Below the pieces are notes generated by a model, which was not told where the DNA came from, did not search any database, and saw only the letters and a program-made list of their open reading frames with translations. The position numbers and the translations under genes were made by a program. A stretch of DNA of 64,000 nucleotides from positions 27,667 to 91,666 of IMG/VR virus record IMGVR_UViG_3300021185_003145, one strand, 5' to 3'. The stretch is from a virus. Shown here piece after piece: positions 19,177-28,860 of this stretch; position 1 is the stretch's first letter; each line of letters opens with the position of its first letter.

Positions 19177-20361
19177 ATGCCCAGACTATCACTATGGAAG
19201 CCAGAACGCAACAAAGACTTTACGTTTTTTGACAATAGAATACGTGAAATGTTTACTATTGGCGGTACTGGTATTAATATACACAAGTACTTAGGTCCTG
19301 ATACATCTAACAATGATGGCAAGGATGCTACACAACCAAATTATGCCAGTCAAAGTGCAACAAATATACAAGATTTGTTGTTTTTAGAAAACCGTGATCG
19401 TAAGTACGATTCAAGTATATATCAACTTAGAGGTATTTATAACGTAAGTGATATTGATTTTGATTTAACACAGTTTGGTTTATTCTTACAGAACGATACA
19501 TTGTTTGTCAGTTTTCATATACAAGATATGGTAAACGCACTTGGAAGAAAACTTATTAACGGTGACGTATTTGAATTACCTCATTTGCGAGACTTTTACC
19601 CATTAGATAGTGCATTACCGGCTTCTCTACGTAGGTACTATGTAGTACAAGATGCAAGTAATAGTGCTGAAGGATTTAGTCCAACATGGTATCCACATAT
19701 TTGGCGTGTTAAGTGTACACCATTAGTCGACAGTCAAGAGTACAAAGACATCTTTGACGATACTGCTAAAAAACAAGATGGTACTGACGCTGATAGAACA
19801 CTAAAAGATTTACTTAGTACATACAAAAAAGAAATTGAAATTAATACTGCAATAATTCAAGAGGCTGAAAACGAAGTTCCAAAAAGTGGTTACGACACTG
19901 ATAAATTTTTTGTTGTACCAACTGAACCAGATGGAACACCAGCAGACGGTGAAGAAACAGAAAGTGCTGATAATACCGGTGTTAAAGCAAGTAGCACACT
20001 GGTTACAGTGGATGAAGTTCCAACAACGCCAACAAGTAACGGTTATGATGGTTACTTAGTAGGCGACGGCTTAGCACCAAATGGATTTCCAGTAACTCCT
20101 GGAATAGCGTTTACAAATAACCCTAGCGTTGGAGATTATGTTTTACGACTTGACTTTACTCCAAATAGACTATTTAGATTTGATGGTAATAGGTGGGTTA
20201 AAATTGAAGATTCAGTTCGTACAAGTACAACAGGTGGTGCAGGTACTACACAAAAAGATTCATTTGTTGAAAATACTAAGCAGTACACAGATGATGAAAA
20301 TAATACATTTAATAGTAGACAAACACTTAGTGATGCACTAAAACCAGAGGCAGATGATTAA
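19177..20361 (+). CDS. neck/head-closure protein (gp14-like)
   Basis: IQDLLFLENRDRKY, DLTQFGLF, GDVFELP; precedes gp15-like gene. Confidence 0.7.
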   Translation: MPRLSLWKPERNKDFTFFDNRIREMFTIGGTGINIHKYLGPDTSNNDGKDATQPNYASQSATNIQDLLFLENRDRKYDSSIYQLRGIYNVSDIDFDLTQFGLFLQNDTLFVSFHIQDMVNALGRKLINGDVFELPHLRDFYPLDSALPASLRRYYVVQDASNSAEGFSPTWYPHIWRVKCTPLVDSQEYKDIFDDTAKKQDGTDADRTLKDLLSTYKKEIEINTAIIQEAENEVPKSGYDTDKFFVVPTEPDGTPADGEETESADNTGVKASSTLVTVDEVPTTPTSNGYDGYLVGDGLAPNGFPVTPGIAFTNNPSVGDYVLRLDFTPNRLFRFDGNRWVKIEDSVRTSTTGGAGTTQKDSFVENTKQYTDDENNTFNSRQTLSDALKPEADD

Positions 20362-21752
20362 TGGCAAGACAATTTTTCTATGATAATCAAATAAGAAGAT
20401 TCCTCTTACAATTTGTTAGAATGTTTAGTAACTTTCAAATTGAGATAGGAGCCCCGGATTCAAGTGGCAATAGAACGCTTTTGACCGTCCCTGTGCGTTA
20501 TGGAGATATGAGTCGTAATGCAGCTGCTATACTTAGAGAAAATAGTGAAAATAAAGTCTTAGGTGCTCCGATGATGAGTTGCTATATTAGTAGTTTAAAG
20601 TATAGTAGAGATCGTGTACAGGAACCAAATCATATTAATAAAATGCAAGTTAGACAACGAAAATATAATGCAAGTACAGAAACTTATAGTCGTACACAAA
20701 GTAATGCAATTACAGTTGAACGACATATGCCAGTACCTTACGATTTAACAATGAATTTAGATGTATGGACTACTAATACTGAAATGAAGTTGCAGTTACT
20801 AGAGCAAATGCTATGCTTGTTTAACCCTAGTTTAGAAATACAAAGTACAGATAACTATGTCGACTGGACAAGTTTAAGTTTAGTAGAATTAACAGACGTT
20901 AACTTTACAAGTAGAACAGTTCCAACTGGTACAGAAGATACAATCGATGTTGCTACATTAACATTTGATATGCCTATATGGATGTCATTACCTGCTAAAG
21001 TTAAAAAGATGGGTGTTATACATAAAATTGTTAATAGCATTTATGACGGTAACGGAGACTTAGTAAGTTCTATTGGAAAAGATGACTTAGTACTAGGACA
21101 ACGATTAGTTGTTACTCCAGGACGTTATGGAGCAATACTACTTAACGGACAAGCAGAACTAGTAGATTATGATAATGAGCCCACGTCCGATACCTTACAT
21201 ACTAGTCAAATACTTAAGAAGTCAGCAAGTAAGCCAAAATGGAGATCAGTACTTGAACAATACGGTGCAGTAAATCCTGGAATTACACAATTACGATTTA
21301 TACAACCTGACGATAGTGAAGTTATTGGAACAGTTGCATATCATCCTACAGATGATCAAATACTTTTAATAACTATTGACGCTGATACTATTCCAACTAA
21401 TAGTTTAACTGCCATAGATGCAATTATTAAGCCTAGTAGTGTTAACGTAGATACATTTGTTAAAAATACAAACTCAAGATACTTGATACTTGAAGATATT
21501 GGAAAATCAACTAACACAGATGGTAGTGATTTTTGGAAAAGTACTAGTGATGTTGACTTTATTGCTAGTGCAAACGATATTATTGAATGGGATGGTACAC
21601 AATGGACTGTAGCATTTGATAGTTCTGCAATTAGTGTTGCAAACTACGTTACAAACGCAACAACAGGTATACAGTATAAATGGAACGGTAGTGCTTGGCT
21701 AAAAAGTTTTGAAGGCGAGTATCAACCTCAGGACTGGCGAGTAGTTATCTAA
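20361..21752 (+). CDS. gp15: tail sheath stabiliser / tail terminator (gp15-like) with C-terminal extension
   Basis: FFYDNQIRRF, VPVRYG, PVPYDL, QLLEQ..FNP motifs. Confidence 0.8.
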   Translation: MARQFFYDNQIRRFLLQFVRMFSNFQIEIGAPDSSGNRTLLTVPVRYGDMSRNAAAILRENSENKVLGAPMMSCYISSLKYSRDRVQEPNHINKMQVRQRKYNASTETYSRTQSNAITVERHMPVPYDLTMNLDVWTTNTEMKLQLLEQMLCLFNPSLEIQSTDNYVDWTSLSLVELTDVNFTSRTVPTGTEDTIDVATLTFDMPIWMSLPAKVKKMGVIHKIVNSIYDGNGDLVSSIGKDDLVLGQRLVVTPGRYGAILLNGQAELVDYDNEPTSDTLHTSQILKKSASKPKWRSVLEQYGAVNPGITQLRFIQPDDSEVIGTVAYHPTDDQILLITIDADTIPTNSLTAIDAIIKPSSVNVDTFVKNTNSRYLILEDIGKSTNTDGSDFWKSTSDVDFIASANDIIEWDGTQWTVAFDSSAISVANYVTNATTGIQYKWNGSAWLKSFEGEYQPQDWRVVI

Positions 21753-22483
21753 CCTATATCAAGTTGGCTAATAAAATCTCTATAATCTTTAAGGTGTAAA
21801 TTACTACACCATCTCCATGATTCAGGACAAACATAATCTGCATTAGGATGAACGAAGTGAAAATTTACCTGATAGTAAGCCTTGAATAATCTTGTCATAT
21901 TTGCTTCCCACTTACTTCCGTTGACATGCTCATTTCTTTCCTTGTAGGCATTTGTACCTGCATATATGTTACTGTTGTAACCTTCTGCTTGTTGATTATC
22001 AAATCCAATAAGATAAATGTCTTTGTGTCCGTGATAGGCCGCTAAGTATGTTGCTACTGCACCAGCATTCATTATATAATTTTGAGGAACCAAGTGAAAC
22101 TTACCAGGGTACTTAACCATTAAAGCCGCACTACTGTAAACAATATTATTATCACAGTAATCAGTTTCTATAATTTCTTCCATCATAACTTCAGTATTGC
22201 AGATTAAAAAATCTGGAGACATATCTCTATAAAGTGCATTGCATCCGTAAGTTTGACACTTTAAACTAGCAAATAAACCGCCTTTGTGATTTGTTAGCAA
22301 ACTAAGTCTAAACTTTTGTCTACTATCACCGTTACCAATAATAACTGCATTACCTCTATGATCACTGTTATTAACAGTAACAGGTACCCATTCACGTTCT
22401 TCTTGACGCTTACCGGCTTCTATAGTTGTGTGATGAATAATAAATTCACCTTCATATTCAGTGGCGTAAAAAGGAAGTTTCAT
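21749..22483 (-). CDS. DUF115/MptE-like or sialyltransferase-like (Rossmann-fold) transferase
   Basis: AVIIGNGDSR, TYGCNALYRD..PDFL, IYLIGFD motifs. Confidence 0.65.
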   Translation of the reverse strand: MKLPFYATEYEGEFIIHHTTIEAGKRQEEREWVPVTVNNSDHRGNAVIIGNGDSRQKFRLSLLTNHKGGLFASLKCQTYGCNALYRDMSPDFLICNTEVMMEEIIETDYCDNNIVYSSAALMVKYPGKFHLVPQNYIMNAGAVATYLAAYHGHKDIYLIGFDNQQAEGYNSNIYAGTNAYKERNEHVNGSKWEANMTRLFKAYYQVNFHFVHPNADYVCPESWRWCSNLHLKDYRDFISQLDIG

Positions 22484-23976
22484 TACACTACTATCTCTGC
22501 TATCTTAATTCCTGAATCTAAATTTTCTTCTATTGCTTTTCCTATAACGCAAACTGCGTTAGGCATAGCACTTTCTTTTGCCAATGCAACGCCTGTTCCT
22601 GCAACAGGTCCTGAAACAATTATGTCGCCTTTGCGTATTGGTCCATCAATCTTGCAAGGTACTCTACCTCTTAATGCTACTGCTATACCATCAGCATCAC
22701 TATTCATTAAATGTGCAGGATTAGTTGATACAACTCCTGCAACTCTGTGATCATGCATTATATTAGTTGTAGTGACTTCTTTATCTCCACCAAATATTAA
22801 AACAGTGCCTGGTTCATAATCTTCATCGCTAGTATAAATTTCTGCCAAGTCAGCATATTGAGCCGATGTTGCAGTTCCACTAAACACACCACTTGCTAAA
22901 GTAATACCACTTGAATTAAATGTTGTATGTGTTGCGTTGTCTAAAACTAATGTGGCTACTCCTGTGCCAGAGTCTGTTACTGAAAGTGAACTGTCTCCTT
23001 GTGATATTGAGTTTGTAGCAATACCTGATAGCCCACTGCCATCACCTGTGTATGAAGTTGCATCTACAGTGCCATTAACACTTACACCTGTTGCTGTTGT
23101 TTCAAATTTAGTAACATTATTATATCGTAACTGCACTTGTGCATCTGCGTAAAATATAGCCATATATTCAGCTGCATTTTTCTTACTTAAATATATGTTT
23201 CCATCTGTTTGAACCCAAGTATTATGAGCATTGGTGCCTCTTATAATATTATTTGAACCATCATGATGTATTGTAAAATCACCACCGGTACCAAGTTTAA
23301 TCGTATCATTGTCACCCATATTAAGATGAGATTCTAAAGTGGTTTCACCAGCCACTTCCAATCCTGTTCCGTTAATTAATTTAAGATCTGTGCTTGTGAA
23401 TCTTGCACTAATGTTATTACTGCCTGCTTTCTTGTGTGCAATTTCAATAATACCGTCTTCAGTACCATCACTTGCATCATCAATTTTTGCAGTAATTTTT
23501 GCAAATACTTGACTAGAGCCTGCGTCATTGTCGCCTTTAAATTTAATTTGTCCAATATAATCAGCATCTGATCCAGCATTGTCTGACGGATTTCTTGTTA
23601 GTGTAATTACCGGTCCTGCACTATTTCCTGTTGATGTATCTGTTAGACTTGCTCCGTCACTCTCGGCAGTAAAAGCACCACTAACTCCTGTTAAGTTGCT
23701 TCCATCACCATAAAATGCATTGGCTTTAATATCTGCGTAACTTGTTATAGTGACATTACCACTAGTTGTTCCAACTTCATCTGTATTAATTACTGCAAAA
23801 TGATTTGCACTCTCATCATATATTAACGCAACATTACCATCACTACCTCGTTCCATAACGATACCAGTATCTTTATCAGCACTTCCTGATTCTCCGCTAT
23901 TGATTCTTATTAAAGGATCTGTTATATTTGTTACATCAAAATTTACCTGGGCGGCCTTAGGTCTTGTTAATGGCAT
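22483..23976 (-). CDS. tail fibre protein with C-terminal chaperone-like domain
   Basis: SATSAQYADLAEIY-type motif, GVVSTNPA, ALRGRVPCK, IGKAIE C-terminal module. Confidence 0.75.
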   Translation of the reverse strand: MPLTRPKAAQVNFDVTNITDPLIRINSGESGSADKDTGIVMERGSDGNVALIYDESANHFAVINTDEVGTTSGNVTITSYADIKANAFYGDGSNLTGVSGAFTAESDGASLTDTSTGNSAGPVITLTRNPSDNAGSDADYIGQIKFKGDNDAGSSQVFAKITAKIDDASDGTEDGIIEIAHKKAGSNNISARFTSTDLKLINGTGLEVAGETTLESHLNMGDNDTIKLGTGGDFTIHHDGSNNIIRGTNAHNTWVQTDGNIYLSKKNAAEYMAIFYADAQVQLRYNNVTKFETTATGVSVNGTVDATSYTGDGSGLSGIATNSISQGDSSLSVTDSGTGVATLVLDNATHTTFNSSGITLASGVFSGTATSAQYADLAEIYTSDEDYEPGTVLIFGGDKEVTTTNIMHDHRVAGVVSTNPAHLMNSDADGIAVALRGRVPCKIDGPIRKGDIIVSGPVAGTGVALAKESAMPNAVCVIGKAIEENLDSGIKIAEIVV

Positions 23977-24024
23977 TTTTAAATTCCCGTTCTTACTTGA
24001 ATAATTATATAAACATATTTAGTC

Positions 24025-24052
24025 AAAAAGAAAGGCCCCGGAGGGCCTTTCT
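24025..24052 (-). terminator. Rho-independent terminator
   Basis: AGAAAGGCCC-UCCG-GGGCCUUUCU then U-run; followed by late motif at 24016-24021. Confidence 0.85.
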
Positions 24053-24072
24053 AAGTTAGTTTTTTGCGTAAA

Positions 24073-27000
24073 TTACATACGGCCTACAACAACTTCAATA
24101 ACGCCTTCTGCGCCGTCAAAGTCTTCTAAAGCCTTACCAATTACTTGACCCATTTTTGGATCTGCTTCTGCACGAGCACAACCGTTACCAGCCGCTACAA
24201 GCATATCACCTTTAGCAATTTTACCTGTAACTTTAGCAGGTACACGACCTGTTAATGCAACTGCAACACCATCAGCGTCACTGTTCATTAAGTAAGCAGG
24301 GTTAGTTGATACTACACCAGCAACTTTTTTGTCGCCGTCTTCCATACATGTTGTTACTTCTGCGTCACCGCCAAAGCATACAACTGTACCAGGTGCAATT
24401 TCACCGTCTGCTTTATAGATCTCAGCCAAGTCAGCGTATTGTGCCGAAGTTGCTGTACCACTAAATGTACCAGCGTTAGTAATGTCGTTTCCGCCCATGT
24501 TAATGTCACCACTCATAGTGCCACCTGTTAAGGATAACTTACCATTTATGGATGCATTAATAGTAGCTGCGAAGTTGGCGTCATCACCTAGTGCTGCCGC
24601 TAACTCGTTAAGTGTGTCTAATGTACCAGGTGCACTATCTACTAGTCCGTTAATTTCATCATCAACATATTTCTTTGTTGATAAGTCATAATCTTGACTA
24701 GGGGAATATGAACCACCTGCGTATATACTTCCAGCACTTAAAGTTAGTACTGCAGCATTATCTACTGTTAACGCAATGTTTCCTGAACCTGTGTCTGTAA
24801 CTGTAACACCTGTGTCTGCAACAGAAATAGCACTTGAGCTAATCTCTTGTAAACCACCACTTGTAAATGTAGCAACAGTTGAACCACCAACTTTAATTAA
24901 CACTCTATCATTAGCAGTATCCATAACGATTGATTCTTCACCGTTTGTACCTGTAATAGATGTAACTGTTGATGTTGTTGTTAATACACGAGCATCAATA
25001 ACATCGCCAGTTGCCGGAGCCTCTGTAAACGTTAATGTTGTTCCACTGATCGCATAAGCAGTTGTTGGAATCTGTACAACACCGTTTAATGCAACGATTG
25101 TTGTAGCAGTTGTACCACTTACTGATAATGTAAATGCAGTTGTTGTATCATCACCTGCGAAAGCGTCTGCTGTAATAACTGTAAAGTCAGTACCTGCGTT
25201 CCACTCACCACCTGTGTATACTTCAATAGCACCAGTTGAACTGTTAAAACGGAACATACCTGCTACGCCAGTTCCCGGACGTTGTGCAGTTGTACCAACT
25301 GGAATCATCATACTGTCTGTACTGTCAACTTTAAAAGTTACGCCAGTAGTTGCAGTTGTTGAGCCAATAATACCTGATGCCGCTGTAACCGCGCCACCAA
25401 ATGCTGCCGCTGTGTCACTGATTGTTAACTGTGTACTTGTACCATTATCATCAATACCAGTTGATGCGAAAGTAGAAATTGTTCCACCATGTATCTTATC
25501 ACCTGAGATTTGATCATCTGCTAATGTTAATGTACCGCCACTTACATCAATAGTTTTACCTGAACCTGCAGTTACACTACCTGTTAAGTCACCAGTTACG
25601 TCACCAGTTACATCACCAGTTACGTCACCTGTAATTGTACCACTTGCCGCTATTGTTGTAAATGCACCTGAAGCCGGAGTTGTTGCTCCAACTGTACCAT
25701 TTAATGCACCTGCAAAGCCAGTGTTTGCTGTAATAGTTGTACCAGTTACGGCTGCTGGAGTGTTTCCACCTACAACGCCGTCTAATGCACCAGCAAAACC
25801 AGTGTTTGCAGTAATAGTTGTACCTGTTACAGCAGCTGGAGTTGTTCCACCTACGATACCATCAACATTACCTGTTACATTACCTGTTACGTTACCTGTT
25901 ACGTTACCTGTTAAGTTACCAGTTAAACTTGAACCATCCCATGCAGGACCGTCTGTAAGTTCACCGTTTGCGCCGACTAATACTAAGTCACCGTTTGTTA
26001 AGTCTTCAACTCTCATACTTCCAAAAGCTGCACCACCTAATGAACCGCTCATAACAGCCGCTGTATCTGTAACGTCTGGAATATAAACGAACTCACCAGC
26101 ACCACTTAGTTCTGACATGTCAGCACCAAAGTAACCTGCTTTTGCAGAGCCATCGTTATGTAAGTATTTGATACCTCTGTCTAAACTATCGTTTGAGTCA
26201 GCACCAACCTGGAAGATTGGATCTGCAATAGTTACAACAGTTGAATCAACAGTTGTTGTTGTACCTTGAACTGTTAAGTTACCAGCAACAATTAATGTTC
26301 CACCAGTTCCGTCTGGAGATGGATCAATTGTTAAGTCACCAGTTGTTGAACTAATTTCGTTACCATCAATGTTGATGTTACCCATTGTTAGTCCGTTAGC
26401 ATCAATTTTACCTTCTTCAGCACCTTCAATGTTAAATGCTATAGTACCGTCTGAACCTGTGTCAGTTACAGTAACGTTTGAGTTGCCTTGTAAAATTGAG
26501 TTTTCTGCACCACTTAACTGATCGTCAACATATTTCTTTGTTGCCGCGTCTTGGTTTGCAGTTGGATCTACAACGTTTACAATTTTGTTTGAACCAGCAT
26601 CAATTGTACTAGAAGCATCAAATGTAATACCAGCCGCAGTAAAGTTACCATTAATGTCAACAGTGTTAAATGTACTTGTACCTGTTGCCGCTGTAACGTT
26701 ACCAGTTAAGTCACCAGTTACGTCACCAGTAATTGTACCGGATGCGCCGATTGTTGTAAATAGACCAGCAGCTGCCGTTGTTGCACCTACTGTACCGTTT
26801 AACGGTCCAGCAAATCCTGTATTTGCTGTAATTGTTGTACCAGTAACGGCAGCCGGTGTGTTTCCACCCACGATACCATCTATGTTACCAGTTACGTTTC
26901 CTGTTAAAGCACCTGCAAAGTTTGTGTTTGCAGTAATTACTGTACCAGTTACGGCTGCAGGTGTTGTTCCACCTACGATACCATCCTGTGTACCTGTATG

Positions 27001-27465
27001 AGCACCAGCAGATGCACCTGTTAGGTCACCTGTGAAGCCAGTACTTGCAGTAATTGTTGTACCTGTTATTTCTTTTGCCTTCATGTCGGCATAAGCTGCG
27101 ATTGTAACGTTACCAGCAGTGGTACCGTCATCAGTTGTTGTTGCGAATGCGAATTCGTCTTCGCTTTCATCGAAAATAACAGCCGCGTTTGCGTCGTCAC
27201 CACGGTTGATGATAAAACCACCATCAACTGATGGTGAACCCGTTGCACCACTACTTAATAGTAAAAATGGGTCTGCGATTGTTGTGTTTGTTGTGTCTAC
27301 AGTAGAGGTTGTACCACTAACGGTTAAATTTCCGCTAACAGTAAGGTTACTACCGTAAGTTAAATTATCAACCAATTTTCCAGCAGTAACCGATTGGTTG
27401 GCAAGTTTTGCCGTGGTTACATTTAAATCTGTAATCTGGTTGGTTTTTATACGAGTAACAGCCAT
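24073..27465 (-). CDS. long tail fibre protein with Gly/Thr repeats
   Basis: 1130 aa; repeated GIVGGxTPAAVTGTTITANTGFAG, DAATKKYVD, APGTLDTLNELAAALGDD, same C-terminal module as 22483-23976. Confidence 0.85.
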   Translation of the reverse strand: MAVTRIKTNQITDLNVTTAKLANQSVTAGKLVDNLTYGSNLTVSGNLTVSGTTSTVDTTNTTIADPFLLLSSGATGSPSVDGGFIINRGDDANAAVIFDESEDEFAFATTTDDGTTAGNVTIAAYADMKAKEITGTTITASTGFTGDLTGASAGAHTGTQDGIVGGTTPAAVTGTVITANTNFAGALTGNVTGNIDGIVGGNTPAAVTGTTITANTGFAGPLNGTVGATTAAAGLFTTIGASGTITGDVTGDLTGNVTAATGTSTFNTVDINGNFTAAGITFDASSTIDAGSNKIVNVVDPTANQDAATKKYVDDQLSGAENSILQGNSNVTVTDTGSDGTIAFNIEGAEEGKIDANGLTMGNINIDGNEISSTTGDLTIDPSPDGTGGTLIVAGNLTVQGTTTTVDSTVVTIADPIFQVGADSNDSLDRGIKYLHNDGSAKAGYFGADMSELSGAGEFVYIPDVTDTAAVMSGSLGGAAFGSMRVEDLTNGDLVLVGANGELTDGPAWDGSSLTGNLTGNVTGNVTGNVTGNVDGIVGGTTPAAVTGTTITANTGFAGALDGVVGGNTPAAVTGTTITANTGFAGALNGTVGATTPASGAFTTIAASGTITGDVTGDVTGDVTGDLTGSVTAGSGKTIDVSGGTLTLADDQISGDKIHGGTISTFASTGIDDNGTSTQLTISDTAAAFGGAVTAASGIIGSTTATTGVTFKVDSTDSMMIPVGTTAQRPGTGVAGMFRFNSSTGAIEVYTGGEWNAGTDFTVITADAFAGDDTTTAFTLSVSGTTATTIVALNGVVQIPTTAYAISGTTLTFTEAPATGDVIDARVLTTTSTVTSITGTNGEESIVMDTANDRVLIKVGGSTVATFTSGGLQEISSSAISVADTGVTVTDTGSGNIALTVDNAAVLTLSAGSIYAGGSYSPSQDYDLSTKKYVDDEINGLVDSAPGTLDTLNELAAALGDDANFAATINASINGKLSLTGGTMSGDINMGGNDITNAGTFSGTATSAQYADLAEIYKADGEIAPGTVVCFGGDAEVTTCMEDGDKKVAGVVSTNPAYLMNSDADGVAVALTGRVPAKVTGKIAKGDMLVAAGNGCARAEADPKMGQVIGKALEDFDGAEGVIEVVVGRM
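25579..25920. repeat. 12-bp tandem repeats encoding (GDVT)n and (GNVT)n inside the fibre gene
   Basis: ttacctgttac(a/g) about 4x at 25868-25920; caccagttac(g/a)t about 4x at 25579-25632. Confidence 0.75.
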
Positions 27466-27516
27466 AAGTGAATCACTCCTCTTTATTATGGTTTATTGGT
27501 TTGGTCGGACCAACTG

Positions 27517-27524
27517 TATTTATA
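27517..27524 (-). promoter_or_regulatory. late promoter TATAAATA
   Basis: exact consensus upstream of fibre gene. Confidence 0.7.
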
Positions 27525-27573
27525 AAGGAAGTGCGGTTTTTTACTACTATGTTAATGTTTTAGGTCAGAAACT

Positions 27574-28860
27574 TTAATGGAAATCTACCCAGGTACTATT
27601 TGCATAACCTTGGAATTTATTGTCTGTTGTGTTGTAGATAACCATTCCGTTAGTCGCTGTAAGAGCGTTACGTTGTGTTGTTGTCATACTTGCTAACTGT
27701 ACTGCATTACTAAATGCACTTTTACTATTTTCTAATGCAAGTACTTCAGTACCGGCTGCATCAAAACGTATTGTATCGTCATCAGCGGATTCTTCAACTT
27801 GTATTCTAGTATCACTATCTGAATCTGACAATCCTCTTATAGTTGTCACAAGTCCAAGTTTTCTAACTTCAATTCTATCTCCAGTTACCGGTGCTCCAGT
27901 AAATGTTAATGTTGTTCCGCTAACGCTATACGCTTGTGTTGGCTCTTGTACTACACCATTAAGTGTTACCATAACTGTTGCACTATCCGCCGCACTGTTA
28001 AGAGTAAATGCAGTTGTGGTTCCATCTCCTGCAAATGCTTGTGTACTAATAGCACCTGTACTTGCTCCGACTTGTACCCAATCAACACCGTCATATACTT
28101 CAACCTTGTCATCATCATCGTTGAATCTTATCATTCCGTCTAACGGAGTTCCTGGACGTTGTGCTGATGTTCCTACTGGAATAATTAGTGCCGTAGTTGC
28201 ATCAATATCAACTACACCTGTTCCTTGCGGTTGTAATACAATATCATCACCACTGTTAGTTGGCGTAATTGTTGATCCGCTAATATCTAACTCTGCTACT
28301 TGTGTATCTGCACCAGGACTAGATCCTACACCAAAATCACCTATGTATCTTGCACCAGTAATATAAACACTTGCTCCGGAAAAGTTTTTACCTGCTGGTA
28401 AATTTGTACCAATAAAGTGTAACACACCTGCTTGATAATCAAAGAACCATTCATCATTACTACCACTACCACCGGCAAAAACTTTATTGCTAATTACTGC
28501 GGAATTGCCGGCATCACTAGCAGTATGTACATAAACACTTACCAAGTAAGTACTTCCAAACTCAGGTGGTATCCAATCAGTTGAACCAGTTTTCCAAGTT
28601 CTATTTGCAGTTGCAGTTACATCTTCAGTACATTCAACTGGAGCACTATTTCCATATACCTGTACAGTACTACTACTCGAAGTAGGAATAACTGCTGGTA
28701 TGTCTCCTGCCTGTTGCCATACTTTATCTCCACGAAGTAAAAGCGGACTTGCTATTGATTCGTTTGCGGCTGACTTTTGTGAATTTGTATCAGTTTTACT
28801 AACTGCAAAACCTAATTTTTTAAATAAGTAGTCAACTTTTTGGGTGTCTGAAATAGCCAT
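27574..28860 (-). CDS. virion structural / tail fibre-associated protein
   Basis: 428 aa; IPVGTSAQRP..GMIRFN and FAGDGTTTAFTL..LNGVVQ modules shared with neighbours. Confidence 0.75.
   Translation of the reverse strand: MAISDTQKVDYLFKKLGFAVSKTDTNSQKSAANESIASPLLLRGDKVWQQAGDIPAVIPTSSSSTVQVYGNSAPVECTEDVTATANRTWKTGSTDWIPPEFGSTYLVSVYVHTASDAGNSAVISNKVFAGGSGSNDEWFFDYQAGVLHFIGTNLPAGKNFSGASVYITGARYIGDFGVGSSPGADTQVAELDISGSTITPTNSGDDIVLQPQGTGVVDIDATTALIIPVGTSAQRPGTPLDGMIRFNDDDDKVEVYDGVDWVQVGASTGAISTQAFAGDGTTTAFTLNSAADSATVMVTLNGVVQEPTQAYSVSGTTLTFTGAPVTGDRIEVRKLGLVTTIRGLSDSDSDTRIQVEESADDDTIRFDAAGTEVLALENSKSAFSNAVQLASMTTTQRNALTATNGMVIYNTTDNKFQGYANSTWVDFH

Noticed and set aside
22483-24480. Diversity-generating retroelement TR/VR pair from similar fibre C-termini
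   Set aside because: Similarity is protein-level with synonymous divergence, not adenine-specific; no reverse transcriptase in the window
25579-25920. CRISPR-like array
   Set aside because: Repeats are in-frame coding tandem units with no unique spacers
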